From: Zootoca vivipara
Taxonomy: Eukaryota
Length of the DNA stretch: 64,000 nt
Direction: 5' to 3'
Assembly: GCF_963506605.1 (NCBI RefSeq)
Contig: NC_083291.1
Location: forward strand, 19,840,001 to 19,904,000
Shown here: piece by piece, positions 24,001 through 34,763 of the stretch
Numbering within the stretch: the stretch's first letter is position 1
Layout of the letters: every line of letters starts with the position of its first letter
Position numbers and translations under genes: made by a program
The notes under the pieces: model-generated
Databases searched by the model: none
What the model saw: only the letters and a program-made list of their open reading frames with translations
What the model was told of the DNA's origin: nothing

Positions 24001-27000
24001 TTTCAAGTGATTGAACTCATAGATGATGTCCTTGCCCTTCTAAATTTGGTGAGTGAAATAAAGGTCCGTTGAAAAAAAAAGACACGCTGGTGTAAAGATC
24101 AAGATATTCCCAGCCTTGAGTATTATCGATACCAAGATGGAACAATTTTGAATCTCCTGCTTACAAATTTCAGTATCCTTATGTTTCAAAAACACAATTA
24201 TCTAGAACAGCAGTGGGCTATGATGTGTTTTATCCGTTTTACTGCACCACTATTTGATATTAATGTCTGAGTCACCCAGGACATTATAACTGCACCCGGG
24301 ATATATGTGTAATGTTTTTTGCTTCATTTGTTGACAGTGAAGTGCAAAATATGAATAGTTTAATAATTACCCGAAGCAGTTGGAGGTTTTAACTCGTCCC
24401 AGTGCATAACATACAGAATCTTGAGCAGGCATCCCCAAACTGCGGCCCTCCAGATGTTTTGGCCTACAACTCCCATGATCCCTAGCTAACAGGACCAGTG
24501 GTCGGGGAAGATGGGAATTGTAGTCCAAAACGTCTGGAGGGCCGAAGTTTGGGGATGCCTGATCTTGAGGGACATTCTGTCCAAGTCTTCTTCAAATGTA
24601 TGGGAGCTGTCCAGGAGTCCTGCCTTTCTAGGGCTAGCAGAGTGGGTGGCGTTGTGGTCTAAACCACTGAACCTCTTGGGCTTGCCGATCAGAAGGTCAG
24701 TGGTTCGAATCCTGTGACAGGGTGAGCTCCCGTTGCTCTGTCCCAGCTCCTACCAACCTAGCAGTTTGAAAGTTTGCCAGTATAAGTAGATAAATAGGTA
24801 GAGCAGCGGCAGGAAGGTAAACAGTGTCTCTGTGCGCTCTGGTTTCCACCACGGTGTTCCGTTGCTCCAGAAGTGATTTGGTCATGCTGGCCACATGACC
24901 CGGAAAGCTGTCTGTGGACAAACGTCGGCTCCTTCGGCCTGAAAGCAAGATGAGCACCGCAACCCCTTTGATTGGACTTAACCATCCAGGGGTCCTTTAC
25001 CTTTTTACCTTCTGTCCAAGTCGTCTTCAAATGTATGGGAGCTGTCCAGGAGTCTTTCTGCCTTTCTAGGGTTGCCATATGTCTGGATATTCCTGGGCAG
25101 GTCCGGGATTCCAATGACGGAATTAGCGTTTGGGTAGAATTTTGGGAAATGGGCAAAATGTCTGGGTTTTTGACAACAACTTATTGTGTTTGGATTTTTA
25201 CTTCTTGAAATATGGCAACCCTATAAAGCTGTCATTCATTTCGGCATGTCTTGTGCTGAGAGAACAACCTGCTTGATTGTGCCCTAAAATTGTTGCGATC
25301 TAACACAAGAAACAGATTTGAGTGTAACTTGGGAAAATGGCCTGAGGCTACAAACAGATGATTGTGGGAAGCCACTGATGTCTTCCAATGAGTTCTTCTG
25401 CATTTCTTTGTAGTACAGTACCATGCCTGGGTTTGATAAAGCATGAGGGTTGTAGAGGTTCCACAGGCAACACTTACTGCATTATCTTTGTTCAATGTGA
25501 GTTGCTGCTGCATTGCTATGTATGAAGTCCTTGGACGTGATCTGGCTCCCTTTCCATGCTAATGTCATTCCTGACTTGCATTTACATGTCAAGGAGCCAT
25601 TTCTTCTCACATGTTGAATTCTTTTCTCTCCTAGGCATGTATGATGCTCATTACCTTTTTGCCATACACAGTAAGTAAGTTCTTTCCTGCCTAACGTTCC
25701 CCCTCTGTCTGATTTTTGAGGACTAAACTCCTTTTAAAACTTAAAGACTCTACCTGTTGGAATAGAGTTGACATCTTCCTGAAATGGGTACCACTCTTAC
25801 TTGCTTAAAAAGCTTAAGCGTAACCTTAAATATATGGTATATCAATTGGTCAGCTGAAGATTAATCACTTAACCAGTTATCACAAAACTTCACTTATTAC
25901 AAGTAAATAATGCCTAAAGTAAAAGGCAAACAATGTTAATGTACTCTTATCTATTCTGAAGCATGTCTCATTATGGAACACTTTGTACAGGTATAGAAAG
26001 CCATTTGAACAGAGTGGTCAGTGTGCCTTTGCAGACCATGGCTCTCTAAAATGTCCCCAGCTCCTCTTTGCCTCTGGTGTTGGATAGGAGCAAATCCCCA
26101 GGCTTTGAGTATGAGTGAGCAGTAAAAGCTACCCTCCCATCACAAGACCACAACCTGTTTCCTTTCCTTGCCTCTAGATGGTTAGCATGAAACCAAAGCG
26201 ATTCCGACTGCTAATCCATTCAGTCACAAATGCATGTCAAAACCCAGAAACTGATTTTAAGCAAATTTATTAAGAATAAGGATTAAGAAAACCACAAAGG
26301 GGAAATGCAGAATGATCTTACTATGTATTTGTCACAGTGCATTTTGTTCTCTGCGACTGCGGTGAGGCTTGCAACTCTAAACCTAATCCTCTTCGAAGGT
26401 AAATTATTTTAACTAAATGGTCTGAATTGTTCAGACAGTCCAAGAATTTTCTCACCCAAACTTGAAACTGGGCTCTGCCAGTTAGCATAGAAATTTCACT
26501 GTGCTTGCACCAATGCCTTCCAGTAGAAGAAGAGGATTTTGGATTTGATATCCCGCTTTATCACTACCCGAAGGAGTCTCAAAGCGGCTATCAATCTCCT
26601 TTCCCCTCCTCCCCCACAACAAACATTCTGTGAGGTGAGTGAGGCTGAGAGACTTCAAAAAAGTGTGACTAGCCCAAGGTCACCCAGCAGTTGCATGTGG
26701 AGGAGCGGAGGCGCGAACCCGGTTCCCCAGATTACGAGTCTACCACTCTTAACCACTACACCACACTGGCTCTCACTAGCTTTTCGGCATAATATGCTGG
26801 TTCATAAACCCAAGTTGCAAGCATCTCAGTCCATCCTAGAATTCTGTACTCAAGCACCTGTTCACTGAAAGAGTGAAATTCAGAAATTTAGCATTTCTTA
26901 CTGCTTTCCTCTTCAAGTTACTACAATATGCTTGGATGTGCTCTTGGCCTCTCTCAGAATAAGTTGCAGATCTTACAAGTTTGTTTATTGATTCAGCTGA

Positions 27001-30000
27001 GTGTCAAGGCAGGACATAAAAAGCAGAGCTTGCAAATATATAACTTCATATTTTTAAAAAAGCTGATCCAAGCAAATATATATACAGTACATATTTATTG
27101 GTCTTACTCTTTACTTTCCTTGAGTGTATTTTGCAGTATATCACTGATCTCCCATTTTGTCTTGCAGTTCTCCTTGATGGCCTCATTTCCAGATGTACCA
27201 TTTGGCATTTTCATGTTTAGTAGCTGCAGTGTTGTAATCGGCACTATCCAGGTCTTGTTGCTTTCATTTGAGTATTTAAAATTAGGGACTATTTGCAAGA
27301 AAGAATCCATAGGTTTTAATCAGAAAATGGTGATGATGCACGTGTTATCCTCCTTATATGAGAACATAATTGTTTAGTCCCCAAAGGAAAGAGTAGATTC
27401 CCTTCTTGCAGCAGCTAGTAGAGCAGGGATCCCCAAACTAAGGCCCGGGGGCCAGATGCGGCCCAATCGCCTTCTAAATCTGGCCCGCGGACGGTCCGGG
27501 AATCAGCATGTTTTTACATGAGTGGAATGTGTTCTTTTATTTAAAATGCATCTCTGGGCTATTTGTGGGGCATAGGAATCCGTTTGTATTTTTTTTCAAA
27601 ATACAGTCCGGCCCCCCACAAGGTCTGAGGGACACTGGACCAGCCCCCTGCTGAAAAAGTTTGCTGACCCCTGTAGTAGAGGCAACAAAAGCTGCAAGCG
27701 CTTACAGGACCAGTTTATTATTGCATTGCTTTGTGCTCACAAGTTTGCTATTCAGGCAGGCAAGCACAAACAACAGTGGACAACAATCATTCACAGTCAT
27801 TTGTGGACAATATGGTAAACAAAGGTTTGATGCAAATTGGGATTGGAAATTGGCTAACTCTTCAGTGTGCAACGGTAAGAGGGAGGTGGGGAAATAAGCA
27901 GAAGCTCGAGGCTTGTTCTTGTAACACCAAACCATGGTTTGGCATTATGTCTGGGATTGGCGTTAGTCTCCTGTACTCATGCAGTGCTTTCTTCACTCTG
28001 CAGGCAATCATCGTAGTGTATGGCTTCCACCACCCGTATTTACTCAGCCATCAAATACAGGAGTCTGAAAACCAGGCATTTTACAAAAATCATATTCTGA
28101 AGATTATACTAAGAGGGCCAACGCTTAGTTTTTTTGCTGCCATCGTCTCATTTTTCTTCATCCCATTGGTAAGCTCTCCTTTACATTCAAGCAGCGATTA
28201 ACAAACTGTGTGCAAGAGCAGGATTGTGTTCTGCAAGGGGGGCTTTTCAGGGTGCCAGCCAACCATGCCCTTCTTGGGGTATTTCACTCCTTTTCCTCAT
28301 TCTCCCTACCGCTTCTGACTGTCAGCCTATATTTTGTGTCTGCTGAGCATGTTCAGTCTTCATTAGGCTGTTGTGAGGAGGGGTTGGTTTTTTAAGTTTG
28401 GGGGTTTATTCCCCCTAAATATTTTTTTGTATTCCTGAAAACCCTGGAACTCATCTGAGCATGTTACCATGCAATAAACAAACTCTTATTTCCTTCCATA
28501 ATGGAACCCAATACTGTATAACTACTGTACAACAAATATACCTTGCAATTCCCTGAAATGAGAGGTAATCGGAGGAACAAAAATATTTAAGGAGCTAAGG
28601 ATAACAGCTGATATAGAAATAATAAAAATAACCAAATCCTTAATGGGATGCCGGCTACTACCTCGTTTCACTTCGATTAGCAGTTTCCTCAGAAGGAAAA
28701 TGAGAATACTATATTTTTTTAATAATAACAACATTCAGAAATAAGGGAACTCTATTTTTGCATATTCAAAACGCAGGCAAAAAAGGTGGACTCAAAATTA
28801 AGCTATCAAGCTTTCTGAAAAAATCAAAGCCTGGGCGATCTCAACCCCATTACAAGATAAGGAGAAAGAAAACTCAAATTTAGCATTCCCAAGGCCCAAA
28901 AAGCAGGCAAAAGGGGAATTCAAAATAAGTTATCTAGCTTTCTGAAAAACACAAAGCCTGGGCTATGTCAACACCATTCCAAGATAAAGGGTAAGAACTC
29001 AGATTTAGCATTTTCAAGGCCTGAAATGCAGGCAAACAAGGAGCTCTAAACAAGCTTATACTGTATAGCTTTCCGAAAAACACAACTTCTCAATGCAACT
29101 TGTGTCTGCTGAGCATGTTCAGTCTTCATTAGGCTGTTGTGGGGAGGGGTTGGTTTTTTAAGTTTGGGGGTTTATTCCCCCTAAAGATTTTTTTGTATTC
29201 CTGCAAACCCTGGAACTCCTCTGAGCATGTTACCATGCAATAAACAAACTCTTATTTCCTTCCAGGCTTACGTGTTTCTTGGACTCGTTATTTTTTTCCC
29301 ACATGTCAGCCACCTAACCAAATGGTTTAAAAGCAAGTTCCTTGGTGAGTATCCTTTTTTGTTTGTTTGTTTGTTTGTTTAAAGATTTTTATTTTTTTAA
29401 AAACCAGGCTGCCCATGCCACTAGATTGGCAATCTAATAGACACTATACAAAAAGAGAAATGAACTGAACCGAAAGTAAGGAAGTTCAGGATTCCTTCAT
29501 TAGCCCTAGTTACATACTGTATTTTTCTGCGTATAAGACTATATCCCCCCCCCAATTTTTTAAAGTTTGAATTTGGGGGTCGTATTATACACGGAATGTT
29601 GCAATTACTTATTTCTTAATTTTGGGCTCAAAAAATAGGGGTTGTCTTATACATGGGGGTGTCTTATACATGGAAAAATACGGTAATTGATACCATAGTG
29701 ACCAGCTGAAATGGCATAGGAGGCAGCAAAATGGCAGCTGGTCCCAGCCAACTCGATGGAGGGGGCTTTGCAATCTGTCCTCTGCCTCAGACACAGCTAG
29801 GCAGAAGCTGACTTAATTCTTCTTCATGGGATTGCTTTATCTCCTCCTTGGGCGACTGACTAGGAGGCAGGTTTTGAAAGTATGGTCCAGAATGAAAACA
29901 GAAGGACAATTCAGGCCAAAGAAATTGTTTTCTCCTTGCTTTGTATTGGACAGTGATTGTGACAGAAAGTCTGTCTCCAAGTCTTCTAAAACGACCAGAG

Positions 30001-32730
30001 CACACAGGGCCTTCTCTGTGGCTTCTCTGGCCACAACTCTGAAATTCCTATGCTAACTGGAAATAATCAGGCTCCTAATTCGTCTGTCACCAGAAACTGA
30101 AAACACCTTTAATTTAAAAAGTAATACCTGGTGTTATTGTTTCTGGTTTTAATGTACAATATGTTCTACCCTCGCTGCTGCTACGTTTGTGTCTTGTTTT
30201 GCTTTAGGTATGTTCTGGTTTCTGTTGCTTTTAGAAAGTGTCTTTCTAACATGTTTATTGCTTATATGATACAGTTTTACGATGGTGTTGCATGCCACAC
30301 TGGGCACTTCTGGTAGAAGAGAGGAATATCGATCAATTAATACTATATTTGGAATAGGATAGGCAGCTGGCCAGTTGGGAGTCTAAGAATAAACACATGA
30401 TGAAAAGTCGCAAAACAATAATCTGTACAGGCAAGGTTCTCCTATCAAGCTTTGGATAAGCAACATATCTATGGGAGAAGGTAGGCAGGAATAACATGGT
30501 GAATACGTTTTTATTTGTTTCTAGAGGATGAGACAAAATGAATAAAGGCTTGTTGACTTTATAAAAGAAAAGCTTAGCTCTTTCATCCCGCATGCTTATT
30601 GTGCCTTCCAGGTCAAGAAGACGAAGCCCCCCTGGAGTCTTTTACTTCTTACCTTACAGAACCCCTTAGTAAGGAACGAGTGGAAGCATTCAGTGATGGA
30701 GTTTATGCAATCGTAGCAACCCTATTGATTCTGGATATATGGTAGGTCTTCAGAAATCTTAAATGTTTTAGGATTAAGTTCTATCCAGTATTGCCCTTGA
30801 CTGTTTTTCATAGGAGAATACAGTGCTTGGAGGGGAAAGTGTGTACAGTGGTACCTTGGTTCTCGAACAGCTTGGTTCCCGAACGCCGCAAACCTGGAAG
30901 TGAGTGTTCTGGTTTGCGAACATTTTTCAGAAGCCGAACGCCCGACACAGCTTCCGTGTGAGTGCAAGAACTCAGACTCCCGGAACAGATTAAGTTCGAG
31001 AACCAAGGTACCACTGTCTAGTTTTATTTCATAAAATTTATACACTGCTTGACTGTAAAAAAAAACAACAACCTCAAAGCAGTTTACAAAAAGATAAAAC
31101 AAGAAAACCAGGAAAGATTTACAGCCCTACTTTAAAACATACAAAAGTTGAAATACTAAAACAGATTAAAATGTCCTCAGCTTTCTAAGATTCTGGGTAA
31201 GCTTGTCTAAACAAGAGTGTTTTTAGCAGGCGCTGAAAAAAGTTCAGTGAAGAGGTCTGCTTGATCTCAATAGGCAGGGAGTTCCAAAGTGCCACACTAA
31301 ATGGCTGAATTCTTACCAATGTGGAACGGGTATTATGTGGCACCTATAATAGTGTCCACTTCTGCCAATCGAAGCAGTCGAGTGGCCGCACATGGGGTAA
31401 GGTAATCTTGTAGGTAAACTGGTCCCAAGTTGTTACGGGCTTTATATACTAATAGTAAGGCCTTGAACTTGGCCAGTAGCAAATTGGCAACCAGAGCAGA
31501 TAACTGAGCACAAGTGCTATATGCTGACAAAGCCTCACTCCTATCAACAATTGCTCTGCAGCATTCTGTACTAACTCCAGCTTCTGCATCAAGCACAAGG
31601 GAATCCCCACAGATCTCTCTTGAGCATGGGCCCTCTACCAGTGTCTTGTGCAATCATATTAGTACTTGCACATCCCAGTGGAAAATACCTACGCTTAATG
31701 AAGTGAAATGATGAAATTTCCACCTTTGCTTCATGTCGGTAGTTCATAGATGGCAAAGTGAGTGCTGCATATCACATAGCGCTTGTCCATAGCAGTTGCC
31801 TGCAGAATAGAAAGGTCACCTAGATCTGCAGTCTCCTGTTATCCCACTAACTGACCAAAAACCACCAGTTCATTTTAATCCTCCTCCTCTGCAGAAAACA
31901 GAGGTGTTATATGTACCATTGTTTAACTATGAAAATCATTTAATAAAAAGGATTTTAATATATATATATATAAGTGTTAAAGTAACATGCAGAAAATGAT
32001 AGAAAATCACCATATAAACGGATGCCACTGCATGTACAACTCAAAGATCATTTCCCACCCCAACAGTGAAGATAACGTTCCTGACGCTAAAGAGGTGCGA
32101 GAGAAATACCATGGGAATCTCATCAATGCCTTGAGTGAATATGGTCCAAATTTCCTCGCCTACTTTGGGTCTTTTGTTACGATCGGCCTCCTCTGGTTTG
32201 TCCACCATTCGCTCTTCCTTCACGTGACGAAAGCGACGCGCCTGATGGGCCTCCTCAACAATCTCTCGTTGGCTTTCGTTGGAGGTCTGCCTCTGGCCTA
32301 CCAGCTGACCAGCGACTTTGCAGAGAAGTCTCACAACGAGATAGAAGCCATCCAGGTGAGCTGCGTCACCATTTTCTTCGCCAGCATCTTTCAGTTTGGG
32401 ATCTGGACTGCCGCCCTCTTCCACGAACGGGAAACGTTGCATCCTTTTGCACGATACGGGGGCAAAGAGCATGCCTTTATGTTTGCCAAGCTGGCTCTCT
32501 ACCCTTGTGTGAGCCTCGCCGCCTTCTTCCTGACCTGCATTGTAAGCAAGCTGAGTACAGAAATCTTCCACCTCACGCAGATCATCGTCCCATTTGCCTT
32601 CCTCGTCTTGCGCATCTTTGTCAGGGTTGGTTTGGTGGCGTTGAAGTTCCTGGTGTCTTTGTTCAGGCCACGGAAAGATGTATTAGAAGAAGAGGAAGCG
32701 TGTTTGCCTCCTGCTGAGACCTTGTCATAG
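18667..32730 (+). CDS. TMEM175: Endosomal/lysosomal K+/H+ channel TMEM175, whole spliced CDS (10 exons, 1497 nt, 498 aa)
   Basis: Exons: 18667-18816, 20942-20980, 22100-22197, 23997-24048, 25635-25670, 27168-27251, 28004-28168, 29266-29344, 30612-30741, 32067-32730. All introns are GT-AG and phases are consistent. Both signature repeats are present (QRLLAYSDALLSIIATVMILP and KERVEAFSDGVYAIVATLLILDI). The protein is colinear with recalled human TMEM175. Confidence 0.97.
19016..19107. mobile_element. ~90-bp hAT MITE (CATAGCTG TIR)
   Basis: Same family as 23154-23243 and 52563-52652. Confidence 0.8.
19160..19655 (-). mobile_element. Degenerate L1 3' end
   Basis: Minus strand ARLL...YKG...WKYVEDY-like C-terminus plus 3' UTR and poly(A) signal. 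Confidence 0.55.
20942..20980 (+). CDS. TMEM175: TMEM175 exon 2 (ILPVAHTKIHPDQ)
   Basis: ttttgcag|...CAG|gtattg; matches human ILPVTHTEISPEQ. Confidence 0.93.
21168..21512 (+). mobile_element. Sauria SINE (Squam1)
   Basis: tRNA-like head (GGTTCGAATCC), conserved body, (ACCTTT)n tail. Confidence 0.9.
22100..22197 (+). CDS. TMEM175: TMEM175 exon 3 (KLGESVQQLLATKIAVYLMTFLIVTVAWAAHVR)
   Basis: tttcag|...AG|gtacgc; near-identical to the human segment. Confidence 0.95.
22347..22690 (+). mobile_element. Sauria SINE (Squam1), full length
   Basis: GGGACCCAGGTGGCGCTGTGG head; ACCTTT tail; ~13-bp TSD TAAG(G/A)ACACATTA. Confidence 0.92.
23154..23243. mobile_element. ~90-bp hAT MITE
   Basis: TIR CATAGCTGCCAAGTT; 8-bp TSD GTACTCAC. 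Confidence 0.88.
23997..24048 (+). CDS. TMEM175: TMEM175 exon 4 (LFQVIELIDDVLALLNL)
   Basis: (ct)n-cag|...TTG|gtgagt. Confidence 0.95.
24426..24561. mobile_element. 136-bp palindromic hAT MITE
   Basis: 8-bp TSD ATCTTGAG. Confidence 0.92.
24640..25009 (+). mobile_element. Sauria SINE (longer subfamily)
   Basis: Same head and tail; ~60-bp flanking duplication. Confidence 0.9.
25635..25670 (+). CDS. TMEM175: TMEM175 exon 5 (ACMMLITFLPYT)
   Basis: cctag|...ACA|gtaagt. Confidence 0.95.
26525..26774 (-). mobile_element. Squam3-type tRNA-derived SINE
   Basis: Minus strand GAGAGCCAGTGTGGTGTAGTGGTTAAGAG...GGTTCGCG...GATATCAAATCCAAA (CTT)n tail. Confidence 0.85.
27168..27251 (+). CDS. TMEM175: TMEM175 exon 6 (FSLMASFPDVPFGIFMFSSCSVVIGTIQ)
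   Basis: cttgcag|...CAG|gtcttg (weak donor). Confidence 0.93.
27424..27673. mobile_element. hAT non-autonomous element
   Basis: CAGGG...CCCTG termini; 8-bp TSD TAGTAGAG. Confidence 0.85.
28004..28168 (+). CDS. TMEM175: TMEM175 exon 7 (AIIVVYGFHHPYLLS...FFFIPL)
   Basis: ctgcag|...TTG|gtaagc. Confidence 0.94.
28335..29264 (+). repeat. 164-bp direct duplication (28335-28498 / 29101-29264) flanking a ~600-bp insert with an internal ~130-bp tandem repeat
   Basis: Near-identical copies read directly. Confidence 0.9.
29266..29344 (+). CDS. TMEM175: TMEM175 exon 8 (AYVFLGLVIFFPHVSHLTKWFKSKFLG)
   Basis: ttccttccag|...CTTG|gtgagt; phase 0 to 1. Confidence 0.92.
29517..29683. mobile_element. Mariner/pogo-type MITE
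   Basis: TA|CTGTATTTTTC...GAAAAATACGG|TA. Confidence 0.75.
30612..30741 (+). CDS. TMEM175: TMEM175 exon 9 (..EPLSKERVEAFSDGVYAIVATLLILDIC)
   Basis: ttccag|...TG|gtaggt; contains the second RxxxFSD motif. Confidence 0.96.
30846..31016. mobile_element. Tigger/pogo-type MITE
   Basis: TIR CAGTGGTACCTTGGTTCTCGAAC. Confidence 0.82.
31020..31500 (-). mobile_element. L2-clade LINE 3' fragment
   Basis: FKALLLVYKARNNLGPVYLQDYL in ORF 31333..31653; further L2-like pieces at ~38990-39200, 42500-42710 and 50390-50780. Confidence 0.75.
32067..32730 (+). CDS. TMEM175: TMEM175 last coding exon (EDNVPDAKEV...PPAETLS*)
   Basis: caacag|T GAA GAT; corresponds to ORF 31987..32730 from EDNVPD onward. Confidence 0.97.
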
Positions 32731-34239
32731 CTTTACCTCTGCTTTCCTTGAAATTCCTGTGGAATTGCTTCGACTTGAACATACCTGGTCCAAGCCACAA
32801 CTGGGTATATTCAACATTTTACCAGTTTAGATGCTTTGCTTCATGAAACATAGAACCCTTTGAGTAAAGAGATTTCAAGTGCAAACCCAGAAATAGAGTC
32901 ATGCAATAGGGTCATATTTTTGGCCGCAGGTTGGACGTTTTTGTCAATGATTAGGGCTAGGATGATGCATCTAACCAGCAATGTAGCCAGTTTTTTGCAT
33001 AATAATAAAAATAATAATTTATTATTAATACGCCGCCCATCTGGCTTTGTTTCCCCAGCGTGGTGGCAGAGGGAGCACAGAAAAATTAAGGGAGAATTAT
33101 AGCATTGGGTCTGTTTTTGAGGCGTTGAATAAGGGGACGGGACTGTGGCTTGGTGTTAAATCACATGCTTTGCATACAAAATGTTCCAGGTTCAATTCAT
33201 AGGATTGCCAGTTAGAGCTGGGAGAGTTCATCTGAAACTGAGGAGCTGTTTTCAGTTACAGGTAGTTTTAATAATACTGAGTTAGCTCAATCAGTGGTCT
33301 TGGAATAAGGTAGCTTTCCCTAGTTCCTAAAGTCAAGTTTCAGTTGTCATAATTAGTAAAAGTAGTAAGATTCATATTCATGTCATGTTATCAGTGGGCA
33401 TTATTTGAATGTTAAGTTGTTACATATTCTAGGGTGTGCCTGTTGTAGTAAATCGTACATACATCTGGAATACATACAGGATGTAATTGGCCTGGAATAC
33501 GAGTGAAAATTATTATGTAGAGTGTTGGACAACTGCTCGTGAATCCCCAAAACAAATGGCTTTCATGGACAATAGACAAGGTGGTTCATCTCTGGTTGGA
33601 AAATCTAAAGACCTCCATTTTCTCAGGGATCTGGAATCTAGGAATGTGAAAATTGTACCAGGGCTCATCCTGGTTTCTGCAGAAAGTTGAGGGTAGCACC
33701 TACAGATATTAAGTCATTTTCCAGCTCTTGCTTAATGTCTCTTTCCTTCAGTGTTGTTCTGCTGAGTGTCACACTTCCGGTATAAATCCCTCTGAGCTTT
33801 GGCTAATCCACTAAGCTGCTGGTTTACTGTATCTTGAATGTTGCTTTTAGCTTGAAGAAAGAACTTTCTATACCTGATGTTTGATGCAACTTCTCAATGA
33901 AATGCTCAGCATTATGCCACTCAGAAAAAAACAGCAGTCTCTTTTCTTGAAATGCACATACGTAGGCTAGCTAATAGCTTCTGTACTTTTCCCTTAATTG
34001 CACTTTATTATAAACGTAAAATAGTATTTATATTTTGAGTGGCTTATGATGCCCAATTACCTTTACTTGATTGATTGATTGATTGATTGATCATCATAAT
34101 ACTTGCTTTGGAGAAATGCACTATATTGTATGTTGAGATTCAACCTACAGTCTAAGATATGTCCTCTTAATGATTCTCTTTGGTCCCTTATTTTATATAT
34201 TTCTTAATTTTAAAATGTGTTGGAACATTTTTTTTATTG

Positions 34240-34245
34240 AATAAA
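34240..34245 (+). terminator. Candidate TMEM175 poly(A) signal (alternative AATAAA at 34561)
   Basis: AATAAA after an AT-rich 3' UTR. Confidence 0.5.
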
Positions 34246-34602
34246 ATGCTGCATTTACAATTGAAACTGGCAGGAGTTTTATTCCACTTCATCATCTCTC
34301 TTCCACATTGGAATACCAGAATACCATTTCACCAATCCTTACAGCAGCCGTGTAATGCTGCAAACTAGGAGGAAACTAAGCTACACAGGAGATCCCAGTC
34401 ACAGATCCCATCTAGTTTGCTCTTGAGCAAATGCCACTTGCAGTCTCCCCAGACTGATACCTTTCTGAAAATAATTCTTTTAAGTAGCAAAATTTTATAT
34501 AGTACCTTGTTGAAGAACAAATCATTCCAACTTGACATTTTCCTGTAGGGTTGATATTCAAATAAAATACACAGTGCTTGCAGTCATAGAGAAAGTAATG
34601 CA

Positions 34603-34608
34603 TTTATT
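34603..34608 (-). terminator. Candidate MYL5 poly(A) signal
   Basis: AATAAA on the minus strand ~57 nt after the stop codon. Confidence 0.6.
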
Positions 34609-34664
34609 TTGTTTTATTCTTATTGCATGGGCATAGGTGTTGACAGTTTCCAAAAGTAGGCAGA

Positions 34665-34763
34665 CTATTCTTTTTCATCTCCGTGAGTGATGGTATAGCA
34701 GAGAGCTTTGTAATCCAGGTTTCCTGCTGCGTCAATAGGAGAACTCTGGAACATCTGATCCAT
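34665..34763 (-). CDS. MYL5: MYL5 exon 7 ([32 protein letters not shown])
   Basis: tgtgcag|ATG...TAG. Confidence 0.95.
   Translation of the reverse strand: MDQMFQSSPIDAAGNLDYKALCYTITHGDEKE

Noticed and set aside
32041-32571. 176-aa antisense ORF over the TMEM175 last exon
   Set aside because: A shadow ORF of a GC3-rich coding exon, with no independent signals.
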